The translations under genes and the position numbers were made by a program. Shown one piece after another: positions 10,824-22,394 of a stretch of 64,000 nucleotides of DNA (positions within the stretch are counted from its first letter, which is position 1; every line of letters starts with the position of its first letter). Where the stretch lies: the NCBI GenBank assembly GCA_964270895.1, contig OZ185435.1; one strand, 5' to 3'. The DNA is from Podarcis filfolensis (lineage: Eukaryota). Below the pieces are notes generated by a model, which searched no databases, was not told the DNA's origin, and worked only from the letters and a program-made list of their open reading frames with translations.

Positions 10824-13748
10824 TATATAAATTGAATAAATAATACTAATAATAGTTTAACTATGTGTTGCATGAAGCTCTATTGGACAAACTTTAAATA
10901 TCAAAGTACTTTTACAGTCTTTGGTCCACAGTTCTACAGCTTCTCATAATGTTTCAATTTGTACTTTGAAAAAGGCCTAAACTAGCCCTCAGAGACACAA
11001 TCAGCAGTGCTATGCTAGATGTGTGTACATTTTGGTTCAATTGTCACAACCGCTGCTTGGATGATAACCATAACACCCTCCAAAGCAAAAACCAGCATCT
11101 TGTTTATCCAACAACAGCACCCAAGTGACCCTTTAAAAAGCGAAAAGGACCCGGCCACGATAAAGACCATAATGTTACCTCAAGACTCCCTTCTCACTCA
11201 CAGAGCAGATGTTTTACTATTAACCTCCCCTAAATGAAAGCAAAAGTCTGTAAAACTAATTTCATCCTCTTACTTAACGATGGATAAAAGCAATCTTACA
11301 CAGAGGCTTGTGTGTCAGGGTCTGGTGGGGGGGGAGGGTTACATATTTTAAGATACTGCTTTCACAGGAGTGTTAACAGAAAAATCAATAATGCCTTGTA
11401 AAAATATCCCGAAAGAACAGAGAAGAGATCTGAGAAATCAATGTTGTTCTGCCAGCATGTTTAACCCACCAGAATGAAGTGCTAATCACAGAAATAAGAT
11501 ACCATATTACATTTATAAATTAATGAAACTAGAAAAAAGCAGCATGTGTGACACTATAATTAAACAGCTGGAACACATCCAAGCCTGTGTAAGTTGATAA
11601 CCCTGCCACTGTCTTTGGCAGCAAAAAGGCAGGTCTGCAGTGAGTTGATACGGCCAGCACAATTGTTAATTCTCTAACAGACAATCTATAAACACGACTA
11701 ATTACACATGTGGAAAAACAGTGTGCAACCCAGGTTGGTTACTTTCAAAAGAATTAAACGCTCAGGAAAACTACTTCGGCAGAACTCCCCTGCAAAAAAT
11801 CCTGTCTTAATCAATTCTCCAAGCTGCAGCTTAGTGTAACCAACCACCTTGCCTGACAAACCACAGCTCTTTATTAATTTCTGCACGAGGGACCTAATGA
11901 TAGGGGTTCCCCCCCCTTCTCCGGTAGACCATTTTTCTTTAATGGCTACAACAATAACAGAACTATCAATTACCCATTTCAAGGAAGAACAAACAAGCAA
12001 TCTAGAATTTTCAGTCTGTGGAGAGGAGGTTGCTGAATATGAATATTCAGCCTCTGTCAACACCTACAAAGGGCAACTTAGAGTTCATGCCTTTTTATAG
12101 AATCATTTTAAAAGGACTAGATGATTCAGGGGCTTGGTAATGAAATCTGAAGCTTCTTGTGTATCTCAATACTCAAATCAGATTCCAGTTGGCTGATTAT
12201 CAGAAGACTCTTCAATGTCCTATAACAGGGATAGCCAATATGGCACCCATTAGATGTTGTGAACTATCAGACTGGGTCAATAGTCGGGGACAATGGGGAT
12301 TGTATCCAAAACATCTAGATGGTGCCATATTGGCTACCTCTGTCCTATATTAAACAAACAGTGTGCCATTTTAGCTTCCCGGTGTTCCCCTTGTTGAGAT
12401 GGGTGGCGGGAAATAACTTTCCTAGTTTTAGATTATTCTAAAGAAGCTGAATACCACAGGAAGTTGTTGCTGGCGGATTTCTTAATTATTTTTTTAAAAA
12501 ATCAAGCTATGCAGGGTGAAAGTGAATCACAGCTAAAGTAGAGACTTCCTATTTCTCCAATGCCTAAGGATCTATTGAAAGCTAGCAGCTACACTCACCT
12601 CTTACAAATCCTACCACTTAATGTGGATTAAATACTCTTCTTTGAAGGTATAAATACAATTACTAGAATTCCACACATTGATAAAATTGCTGAATATCTC
12701 CTATTTTTATGTTGGGTTTCCAAATCCTGAATATTTATAATGAGACCCCTGGGTACAGGGCGGTATATAAATTCAATATAAATTCAATCAATAAGAAATG
12801 ATGATGATGATGATGATGATGGGGTTTTTTGTCTTCTTGCTGATGTTGCTATACAAAAAACCCCCAGCAGTTGCTTTCAATGCATCCCTAACTATATGGT
12901 GAGCTTGCACATCTGGGGTGATATTGAAATGCAAATACTCCATTATACTATTATATAATATAATCAGTGTCTGATTTATCATTTAAAATACTAATTAAAA
13001 TTTTCTAATTTATGTTTGTGATTGTGCCAGGCTATGAACAGTAGTTTGTGCTGCAATAATTGACTTAACCTTTCTTACATACCCTATTACTCTAAAGGTA
13101 CGTCGAGCAAAAGTTACATATCTCTGAATAACTTTCCCAGGCATGTGAAAACAGGTATGTGACTATCATATGATGTGGTGCCATAGTCGGGGGGAGGGGG
13201 GGGATTAGATGTAACAAATCCATATTCGGATCATTAGACAAAACTGCTTCATGCTTTTTACACAACAGCTAAGCAACACTGATGCTTGCTGCAGTGCAAA
13301 GGGCAGGTGTACATCTTTAGCATTTAGGGAGGCACACCTGCCCTTTGCATTGTGTGTGAAAACACCAAAGGAACGCAGCAATCAGCTTCAGTCATGGAGC
13401 TCCATAGGTGATCCTATTTTTAGCCTAACCTACTTTACTGAAACTGTTCCAATGATGCTCCACTGCGACTCAGAGTTCATCTAACTGGATGGGTTGGATA
13501 TCACCACTGTAGGACATACTCACCAAATTCCAGCATTTCATTTCCACCCAACTTGTTTATTTAAAGTCTGTTCCTCCATCCTGCAACTGTGTGCATACAG
13601 TATATACCTGTAACTCAAGATAACATTTCAGGCACCTACAGCCACGAAAGCTTTTGCTATAATCCATTAGCCAGAATTTAAAGTTTATGAAAAGAACATG
13701 GTTTATAGACCCAGAAGTATTCTTGGAGCTAATTTTACCGAAAATTAC

Positions 13749-13942
13749 CTTCAACATCGCAACTAAGATAGTTGCGCACTTCCGTCAAAATGAAATTGAT
13801 ATCTTCTTCTGTGGGAATTGGGTGACTTGTGACTTCGGTTGCAGTATCCGTGGTACCAGCAATAGTCATCTTTTGCCATGGCAAGAAGAAAATCACTCTG
13901 CCATCACTAGTGGATGGGTCAAGGAGTCCCATATTATCGGGG
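13749..13942 (-). CDS. GPD2: GPD2 coding exon 8 (human exon 9): SPDNMGLLDPSTSDGRVIFFLPWQKMTIAGTTDT...NYLSCDVE
   Basis: 194 nt; acceptor gctttattccag, donor G|GTAATT. Confidence 0.97.
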
Positions 13943-14639
13943 CTGGAATAAAGCAAATTTGTTTTTTTAAATATATATATATATTCACATATCCCTTAAA
14001 ACATTCAGAGCAAAAGGAAAAAAGGCAGAAATAAAATACTAAGAAGCACTTGTTTAGGAGATATATGAATAACACTGGGGACACTTGTTGCCGAACTCAC
14101 AGAACTTATACAGAGCACAACTAGGGTTCAAAGGAAAGCTTTTAGAAAGCTCACAAGCAGTTTCCCGTTTCCCTTCCAGCATCTGTTATTCTGAGAAAGG
14201 AAGAGTGTTAAGTGGCCACATGAGGCACAACCATGCAAATAAGAAAGTTATATGTGTAGTAGTATTATGTTCACAATCTCTAAAAAAACAGGAATATCCT
14301 TTTAAATATGTTTTCTACATGGCCTGTATTCTCTGGCTCAACTTGCTGTCTTTGGGTATCTCCTCTCTATATTAGTTTGCAGCACAGCTGCAGTGACCTA
14401 ATCTCATGGAAGGATGGTGTTGTTTGGTAGTAGGGAACGTAAAAGGCCAGGCAATAGTGTTTTTATCTTAGATTTAAAAAGTGGGGTTTTTTTTTAGTGT
14501 GTGTGTGTGTCAGCCTTTAACCTGGCAGCTGGTCCATGTGGTTAATTGGATAGGGATTGTAAGCCCCACACTTTAAGGAGGCAGAAACAGCCGCTAGAGA
14601 CTGTAATGAAGCGGACAATGGGGAGGAACAACCAAACAC

Positions 14640-14844
14640 ATTGGAGTGTGGTGCAATGGTTGGAGTGTTGAACTTTGGAGACCAGGATTCAAATTGGCAC
14701 ATAGGCATGAAGCTCACTGGGTGACCTTGACCTTGAGGCTGCCGCCATCTTTCAGTCTAACCTACCTCACAGGGTTGCCGTGAGGATAAACTGGAGAGGG
14801 GAGAACCATGCATGCTACCTTGAGCTCCTTGGAGGAAAAGTGAG

Positions 14845-14888
<44 letters not shown>

Positions 14889-14890
14889 GC
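14640..14890 (+). mobile_element. Older Squam3/MIR-like SINE with (TAA)13 tail
   Basis: gtgtggtgcaatgg A-box, ggattcaaat B-box, gggtgaccttg core, cctcacagggttg. Confidence 0.7.
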
Positions 14891-15884
14891 TGGCATCTGA
14901 GTAAGATAGACCTGTTTTAATGCAAAGTATAGTAACTCAAGCAGTAGTCAAATCACAGGTTGTTGTGAATTAGCTTCTAAGCTTGATAATAACAAAAGAC
15001 CCATATAGTTACATCCAAACAGAAACTCATTCACTCTCATACATGACTGTGCACATGTTTTTTCCTGCAGATATTTTCCTGTTGAAGGAAAAATGTCATA
15101 TGTGAAGTGCCCCTCCAAGAGAAGATGACAATTACATACACCTGAAGTGTAAGTTCTACAACTAAGAAGTCTTTGAGATGATATTTATATACAGCTTAAG
15201 AATACATTTGGAGAAGCAGAGCTTAAAAAGTAGGTGTCAACATGGACTTGTAAGGTAAACCATGGCAGACAAGTAATTACTTTTCAAAATGAATTCACTA
15301 TTGATTTAGAGAGGCAGGAAAACTTAGAAATTTAATATACAGACTCAGAATCTTCAAAAAACTTTCGGTAAGTTTTCAAATAAGGTTTCTAAATTGGCAT
15401 AAAATAAGCAGAACTACAGAGAGGCTGAGTGTATTCTTTGCAAAGATTGCTGGGAGATCATTTACGTTCTTTTTTAATATCATGGAATTGCTAGAAGAAC
15501 CTAAATTGGGAAAAATGGTAAATGATTTCAAATCCCACTCTCTTACCCATTTCTATCACTGCCTGTTCGATCTTCTTTCAATAATAACTCTGACAAATAA
15601 CAGAAAATTCCAGAATACAATCAGGGTGAGATTCTAGCATACAGTAATACTATTTAAAATTTATAAAGCATTTCAGGACATTCACAGAGCTTCACCTACA
15701 TCACAGAACAATGTCGTAAAATAGAGTACTTTTATTAACTCCATGTTCCAGGTGGGACTGAAGGTCTATGACAGAAAATGACTTACCTTAACCCACCTGG
15801 CGAAAATTATTTTTACACTTTCTGAACCACACCTACATCTAGATATGGATTCCAGGATGGTGCACACTGAAACACAAATATCCA

Positions 15885-16290
15885 GTTCAAAGTACTGGTT
15901 TGGACCTATACAGCCTTAAGCGGCTCAGGCCTGCAATACATCAAGGGCCGCCTCTCTGCTTATGAACCTACTTGGACCCTGCAATCATCTTTTGAGGCCC
16001 TTCTTCATGTGCCTCCTCCACAAGAGGTCCAAAAGGTGGCAACATGAGAATAGGCCTTTTCTGCAGTGGCTCCCTGTTTGTGGCATGCGCTCCCCTGGGA
16101 GGCTCAATTGGCGCTTCATTGCGTATCTTTAGGCACCAGGCGAAAACATTCCTTTTCTCCCAGGCCTTTGGTTAATAATTAAATTATCCATGGCCTTTTA
16201 AACAGCGGTGGTAGTGGGGTTATTGTTATTGTTTGTTATTATGCTATATATTGTTGTGTTTTTATATTGTAAACTGCCCTGTGATCTTCA
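15885..16290 (+). mobile_element. L2 LINE 3' fragment
   Basis: ..AFSAVAPCLWHALP-like RT C-terminus, cccaggcctttgg, ttgtaaactgccctgtgatcttcagat tail. Confidence 0.75.
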
Positions 16291-16485
16291 GATATATATA
16301 AAGACTTCAGATATACAGTCGTACCTTGGAAGTTGAATGGAATCCATTCCGGAAGTCCGTTCAACTTCCAAAATGCTTGGAAACCAAAGTGTGGCTTCTG
16401 ATTGGCTGCAGGAAGCTTCTGCAGCCAATCAGAAGCCATGGAAGCCCCATCAGACGTTCAGCTTCCAAAAATAGTTCGCAAACCA

Positions 16486-16530
16486 GAAGAAGAAGAAGAA
16501 GAAGAAGAAGAAGAAGAAGAAGAGGAGGAG
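16486..16530. repeat. (GAA)12(GAG)3 microsatellite (SINE tail)
   Basis: Read directly. Confidence 0.95.
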
Positions 16531-16758
16531 TTTGGATTTGATATCCCGCCTTTCACTCCATTTAAGGAGTCTCAAAGCGGCTAACATTCCCCTTTCCCTT
16601 CCTCCCCCACAATAAACACTCTGTGAGGTGAGTGGGGCTGAGAGACCTCAAAGAAGTGTGACTGGCCCAAGGTCACCCAGCAGCTGCATGTGGAGGAGTG
16701 GAGACGCGAACCCGGTTCCCCAGATAATGAGACTACAGCTCTTAACCACTACACCACA
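16486..16758 (-). mobile_element. Squam3-type tRNA-derived SINE with (TTC)12 tail
   Basis: Reverse complement of the copy at 50792 (tgtggtgtagtggttaagag...ggatatcaaatccaaactc). Confidence 0.9.
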
Positions 16759-18448
16759 CAGTCACTTCCGGGTTTGCGGCATTCCGGAGCTAAAGAACTA
16801 AGCTGTTCAAAAACCAAGGTATGACTGTATAAAGATCTTCAGATATATGACTATCTAGTTTCTTTTTATTCTCATCTTCAATAAATCTGCGTGTTTCATC
16901 TAAGAAATGAGGCAGACCTGGGTAACAATTGGGGTTTTTTAAAATTCATTTGGAATCTGCCATTGCTTTATTTCTTCTTCCCAGTAGGCCTTGATGCAAC
17001 CAGATGCCTGCACTGCACTGGAAAATGTTTGCTGCCTCCTGTTAATTCCTTCCTTACGGCTATCAACAGATACAGATTCATGATGTTACCACCAGCCAAT
17101 GCCCCAACCCTTGCCTTGCTTTGTTTTACTCTAGCCTGAGTAAGAGTACTGGTTGGTGCAATAAAGGGATTACCCTAATGTGGATTTTGGGTTTTTTTCT
17201 TACAGCCAACGTGTCTACCTTTAATTTTTGAATTCAAGGAAAAGCTCCTTTAGCTACGGTGTTGGATAGTTTACATCCTTTTGAATGTTACATCCAATGA
17301 TGTAACTGCTGCAGGCAGAATCTATGTTAACACTGTTCTCAAAGAAAATAGGAATGCCCATCTTCGGATCAGGGATCTGTTTTTACATCTTCTAAGAGGC
17401 AGAACCAGAGCCTCTGCTGCAGCCGAAACTACAGGCGACATCAACTGGATTAAGGGTTGAAATTTATATGAGATTAGTCACACTAACATCATCAGAGTGT
17501 GAGAAAGTTATGCAGGAGGTACTTATATGAGGACATGTATCTGAAGAACAGAATTAATGAGAGCAGAGGGACACAGGGACTATTAATGAAGAATATAAAA
17601 ATGTAAGAACCTACTGGGAAACGCTTGCATTGTATTAACATTAAATTAATTAAATCTTATCTACATTTACACATAAAAAGCCTTTAAACTATTTACCATT
17701 TTCCCAAGATCATGTCAAAGTACTTTCCCAAAGAGACCAGTAGCTGTAATGAAATGACACACATTTTCCTGCTAAACAGGATTTAGTTGGCACTGGGGGC
17801 AAAAACCTGTTGCTCAATTAATACACACGTTTGTTTGTTTATTTCTGCATGGTGTGTATTATTTCTTATACAGACAAATTCCTCGGCTTAACTATGTTTA
17901 GGATGAGATCAATCTACTTTTCACTCAGCAGCAGAGCAAATGATCTGCACAGGCAGGAGTTGTCGCTGAAACAAAGTCAGTTGCATATTGAGAGATGCTG
18001 AGGAATAAGGCAAAGGGAGAGACTGACCCTGAGTTTATTATACAGTATATAACCAGATTGCACACACAATCCTGGGCTCCATCTAAGACTGAAGGTGTAA
18101 TAGTTCAGAGTAACCAGCACTGCAAAAGAATAAAGGCCAAAATATTTGTTTTTCAGCTGCTCCCGCCTTCCATCTCTACTGAATGCTTTTGAGTGTACTT
18201 GTTTTGTTCATTATAGTAGGTGGATGATGTGGGCTGTAGCCGTAGCAACCATGCAAATAGCTGCGAGTAATTGCCCCAGCTGTCCAGTTTTAAGCATGTA
18301 TTAACTGCAGAGTGTAATAAAGATATCCTTGTCTGAGAGTTCTGTCACTTTATAGGTGAATAATGGATGCCCTAGACTTTGACAAGACGGAACCTCTGAA
18401 CTGGATTGAGTATGGGGATCCCGCTACCAAAACAGGGATACCATCAAG

Positions 18449-18584
18449 CAGCGGTAGCCAACATGGTGCCCTCTGGTTTAGTGGACTACAAATGCCACCT
18501 TCCCTGTCCACAGAGCCATACTGGCTAGGGCTCATGGGAGTTGTAGTCCAAAACACCTGGACGGCACCATGTTGGCTAGCCGCC
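18449..18584. mobile_element. Older palindromic hAT MITE
   Basis: cagcggtagccaacatggtgcc / ggcaccatgttggctagccg; ggactaca/tgtagtcc core shared with the other palindromic MITEs; TSD decayed. Confidence 0.75.
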
Positions 18585-18963
18585 ATAAATGATAGAAGCT
18601 GGAACACAAATCCCGCACCACTTGAGGGCTGGAGCAATCCAACAAAGCTGTGAATTAACAGCCAATTCCTGTACCTGCTGTGCTCTGGCAAGGCCAGGTA
18701 AAGTGATATACAGGGAAAACAAGCCCTATGTCTCCTTGGTAAAGGTGGGCTGAGATGCCACACACCTTACTCAGCTGTTGGCTACGATCCTGTTTTAACT
18801 ATGTGTTCTCTTCCAGTTAGCCATACTGCAGATGAAATGCAGGAAGGCGATGCAATGGTTCAATGGGATTTTCTAGCCTAAAGCAAGAGACCTAAGTGGA
18901 AGAAGAGGAGCACTGTTCTGCAGATGATGCAAATGAGTTTGTGCAGGGCTATAACAAGAAGTA

Positions 18964-19305
18964 GGGATGCGGGTGGCGCTGTGGGTTAAGCCACAGAGCC
19001 TAGGACTTGCCGATCAGAAGGTCGGCGCTTCGAATCCTCGTGACGGGGTGAGCTCCATTGCTCGGTCCCTGCTCCTGCCAACCTAGCAGTTCGAAAGCAC
19101 ATCAAAGTGCAAGCAGATAAATAGGTACCGCTCTGGCGGGAAGGTAAACAGCGTTTCCGTGAGCTGCTCTGGTTCACCAGAAGCAGCTTAGTCATGCTGG
19201 CCACATGACCTGGAAGCTGTACGCTGGCTCCCTCGGCCAATAAAGCGAGATGAACGCCGCAACCCCAGAATTGGTCACAACTGGACCTAATGGTCAGGGG
19301 TCCTT
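18964..19305 (+). mobile_element. Sauria SINE (Squam1-type), full length, with 12-bp TSD
   Basis: gggtggcgctgtgggtt...cttcgaatcc head, BovB-like tail; TSD tataacaagaag at 18950-18961 and 19306-19317. Confidence 0.92.
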
Positions 19306-19479
19306 TATAACAAGAAGGTTCTACAGCAGTTCTCATGCTTCTTCTTGGGCTCTTATACGTACACAACCTCAAAAGTGGAAGAACATATTTCGGATTCCCC
19401 ACCGCCACACACTTTCCTTGCATGATGTTCTAGCGCTGCTTCCCATGAGCTGAAGATCCCCTTGTCCACATGCAGAGGG

Positions 19480-19810
19480 CAGTGGCACCGCAACAGGGGT
19501 GCGGGGGGGTCACCCCAGGAGCCATGTCTGGGGGAGTGACAAGAAGGCACCCCGCGGGGGCTCGCCCCGTCGTGGCGGAGCGAGCAGCCATCGTGACGCT
19601 GCAGCTGCATGTGGAGGATCCTCCATTTGTGGCTGCAGCCGCAAGCAGAGGACCCCGGCACCATCCGTATGGTGCTGGAGTGGTGCCGCGGGCCAACCGC
19701 TATATACAGCGCATGTGTGGCATCGCATCATACATATGGCACATGCATCATACGTAGCGACGCTGCACATGCACCCTACGTAGCGACGCCCCACCCCGGG
19801 TGTCACAATG
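19480..19810. mobile_element. CpG-rich DNA-transposon-like fragment
   Basis: Begins cagtggcacc..ggggtgcgggggg; carries ccccgggtgtcac, shared with the 20262 element. Confidence 0.45.
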
Positions 19811-20039
19811 CCTTTGTTTGCCCCTTGTGGAGGGACATCTTTGAATCCACTACTATTAATACTTAGCATTTATGTAGAACATCTCAAGTATTCAAAGCAC
19901 TTCTTTAGGTCAGCCATGTAATGCAGGTTGATACAGCAGCCACAGGCCTGGAGTCAACTTGCTTAAGACTACCTTTTAGCTGTTATGCCGTAAACGCTTT
20001 ATGATTCAGCTCACATATCCATGTTAGTTTTCCTCACAC

Positions 20040-20240
20040 GAAACTCAGGGAAGCTAGCCTGGTGCCTTCAATACGTATCTTTTGGCACCGTCAAAAGTAT
20101 TCCTCTTCTCCCGGGCCTTTGGCTTATTAAGCAATCGATGGCCTTTTAAACTCGGGTGGGAATTGTTATTGCTTGTTACTATGTTACGTATTTTTGTGTT
20201 TTTATATTGTAAACCACCCTATGATCCTCAGATGAAATTT
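20040..20240 (+). mobile_element. L2 3' fragment (same subfamily as 15885)
   Basis: cccgggcctttggc...atggccttttaaac...ttgtaaaccaccctatgatcctcagatgaa. Confidence 0.7.
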
Positions 20241-20261
20241 AACAACCAAATAAATGATACT

Positions 20262-20551
20262 CAGGACAAGGGGGGGTGGTCCGCCCCAGGTGTCACCACT
20301 GAGTGGGGTGACAAAATACCAGGCGGGACTCACCGCGGGGCCTGCAGCTCACCAGAGCCATGCATGTCTCCTGGGAGTGATGCGGTGGCTTGCGCTCCCA
20401 CATGCTCTGCGCTGCCCCAAACAGCTCACCCGCTGCCTCCCCCTCAGCTGGAGGGCGACTGAGTGGGAGGAGACAGGCAGACTCCTTGGAGGTCCCGCCC
20501 CTGGGCATAGGGCATGATGCCCAGGCGCCCAATCAGCTTGTTCCGCCGCTG
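20262..20551. mobile_element. GC-rich DNA-transposon-like element
   Basis: Ends ttccgccgctg; actcagg on both sides; shares ccccaggtgtcacc with 19480. Confidence 0.45.
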
Positions 20552-21110
20552 ACTCAGGGAGGAGCAGGAGGACACAGCAGTGGTTAGAGGTAAAAGATCG
20601 ACAGAGGCATGGCCAAAGAAAGAAAGAAATCCCTGCAAAAAGTTGCCCACTTTCTATTCTTCCAAAGGCGCTTGCTGCCAGTCGCACAAATGAAATGCTC
20701 CAGTACTTAAGTGGGAAGCAGGGGTGAAGTAGATTAGGCAGGGGAGAAAGTATCTTCCTTACCCACTTTAGTTTGAACCAGTCAAGCCTTCCCTTTGATA
20801 TGAAAGCATTCCACTTCCAGAGGCAGATTTTGGCATGGCAACACACAAGCAATGCTCTTTTGAGCATTCAAAAGGTGACAGAGTTACGGGGAGGGCTGTA
20901 CCATGTGTCCTCAGTAAGAGCATTTCCCCCCTCCGAGCTAAACCAAAAATGAGGAGGCGGGGGGAGAGAAGGGGAAATAAAAGCTTGCATTCACCCTGCA
21001 CTATTAACAGCAGCAAGTCTCTCTCTCTCTCTCTCTCTACAACTTTATTTTCTACACTGGACACACTTCTTCCAATTGTTATAAATGATCCAGCTTTTGA
21101 ATATCGTTAC

Positions 21111-21255
21111 CTGTAATAGCCAGGCATCACAATATGAACGCCTGCGCTTGGCTGACAGATGTTTGGTACTTTCTGCTCATCCATTTTCCGCACGGAGTCT
21201 GTGAAAGGTCCTGTAGCATTGATAACACATTTGGCTCTGACATCAAATTCCTGCC
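21111..21255 (-). CDS. GPD2: GPD2 coding exon 7 (human exon 8): GQEFDVRAKCVINATGPFTDSVRKMDEQKVPNICQPSAGVHIVMPGYYS
   Basis: 145 nt; acceptor ttttctttcacag, donor AG|GTAACG. Missed by the ORF track. Confidence 0.97.
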
Positions 21256-22213
21256 CTGTGAAAGAAAACAGCATCAATCACATACTCCATTTGTTTCCCT
21301 GTTCACTGACTCTCTGGATTATTAATTTATCTATGAAGTTAACCTATTGTGAAGTGTGTGTATTTATCTACACGCACATGCACATAACACACACACACAC
21401 AGAGAGAGAGAGCACACTGCAGAAGCTTAGCAGCTAGTATTGTTACCAAAAATCAGAAAATAATTTTGAGGATAATTTTAATAAAAAGAAAAGAAAAAAA
21501 TGAGAGAGAGAAAAATCCTCTCAGATAAAATCTAGAGTGGCAGAAGATTCCCCTCTCCCGATTTTACTTTTATTTATCGAGTTCTCTGTTTAATGGCATT
21601 CTTAAACCCTGAAATTTGTTAGATGGTACTATGACTGAACGCACAACACACGGTTATTTTACGACGTCAGCTTTTCTTGACAGAAGGGCTTGGATGTAAA
21701 GCGTGGCTTAGCTTGCCAAAGCACCAGGATTTGAATGAAAACCTGACAGAAGTTAAAGATGATTGGCATTAATGACATGCCACTGCACTTTGGAAATATG
21801 CCTCCTTTGTCAGTTAAGTGATATTTACAAACTCCAGCCTCCCGCTGCACTCCCCCTCCTTAACTTCTTCTTTCTAACATAAGGGAAAATAAATAAATAA
21901 ATAAAGATTTCTGTCTCCTTAAACAGAAAGGGAAATGGGGGGGGGGGGACCACAGCATCTGTGGACAGCTGTGCTTCATCCAGGAAAACAACTGTGTCCT
22001 CTAAACCGCATGCATTAAGGGAAGTGGAAGAATGCCAGTGGAATGCCAGAATCCACCGAACCATAGGAGACAAGCGTTAGAAACGCCGTCTCTGAAAAGT
22101 ACAGCCGAAGCAAGGTGCCTTGTGAGTGTGTGGGCCAACGCAAGTTACCTGTTGTTAGGTAAGAGGAAGCAAAGGGGCTCTATAAATACCACAGGGGAGC
22201 GAAGGCTGCTTAC

Positions 22214-22378
22214 CTGTTAGAACATCCCTGCACCTTGCGCCGCAGACGCGGCTCGCCCCGCTCTTTGGATCCGTCTTCTTCAGCAAGCGCACCACTTCAG
22301 TGTAATTGGCTGTGGCAGCCCCATACCTGGCAGCGGTGAGGGCAATGGCAAGGTTCATTCGTGCATCGTTGTGTTGTC
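22214..22378 (-). CDS. GPD2: GPD2 coding exon 6 (human exon 7): GQHNDARMNLAIALTAARYGAATANY...GARCRDVLT
   Basis: 165 nt; acceptor ctgccccctgctgcag, donor G|GTAAGC. Confidence 0.97.
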
Positions 22379-22380
22379 CT

Positions 22381-22394
22381 GCAGCAGGGGGCAG
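22381..22394 (+). promoter_or_regulatory. Candidate CTCF motif overlapping a GPD2 splice acceptor
   Basis: GCAGCAGGGGGCAG matches CCASYAGRKGGCRS at 13/14. Confidence 0.5.

Larger units (their letters stand above)
16316..16827 (+). mobile_element. Tigger-like MITE family B interrupted by a Squam3 SINE
   Basis: TIRs cagtcgtaccttgg / ccaaggtatgactg with TA flanks; internal 19-bp palindrome. Confidence 0.85.

Noticed and set aside
15360-15460. Possible ancient hAT transposase remnant (SKLA*...EAECI)
   Set aside because: Similarity too weak to support without a profile search.
16326-16584. Poly-Glu and poly-Arg ORFs
   Set aside because: Translation of the (GAA)12 SINE tail.
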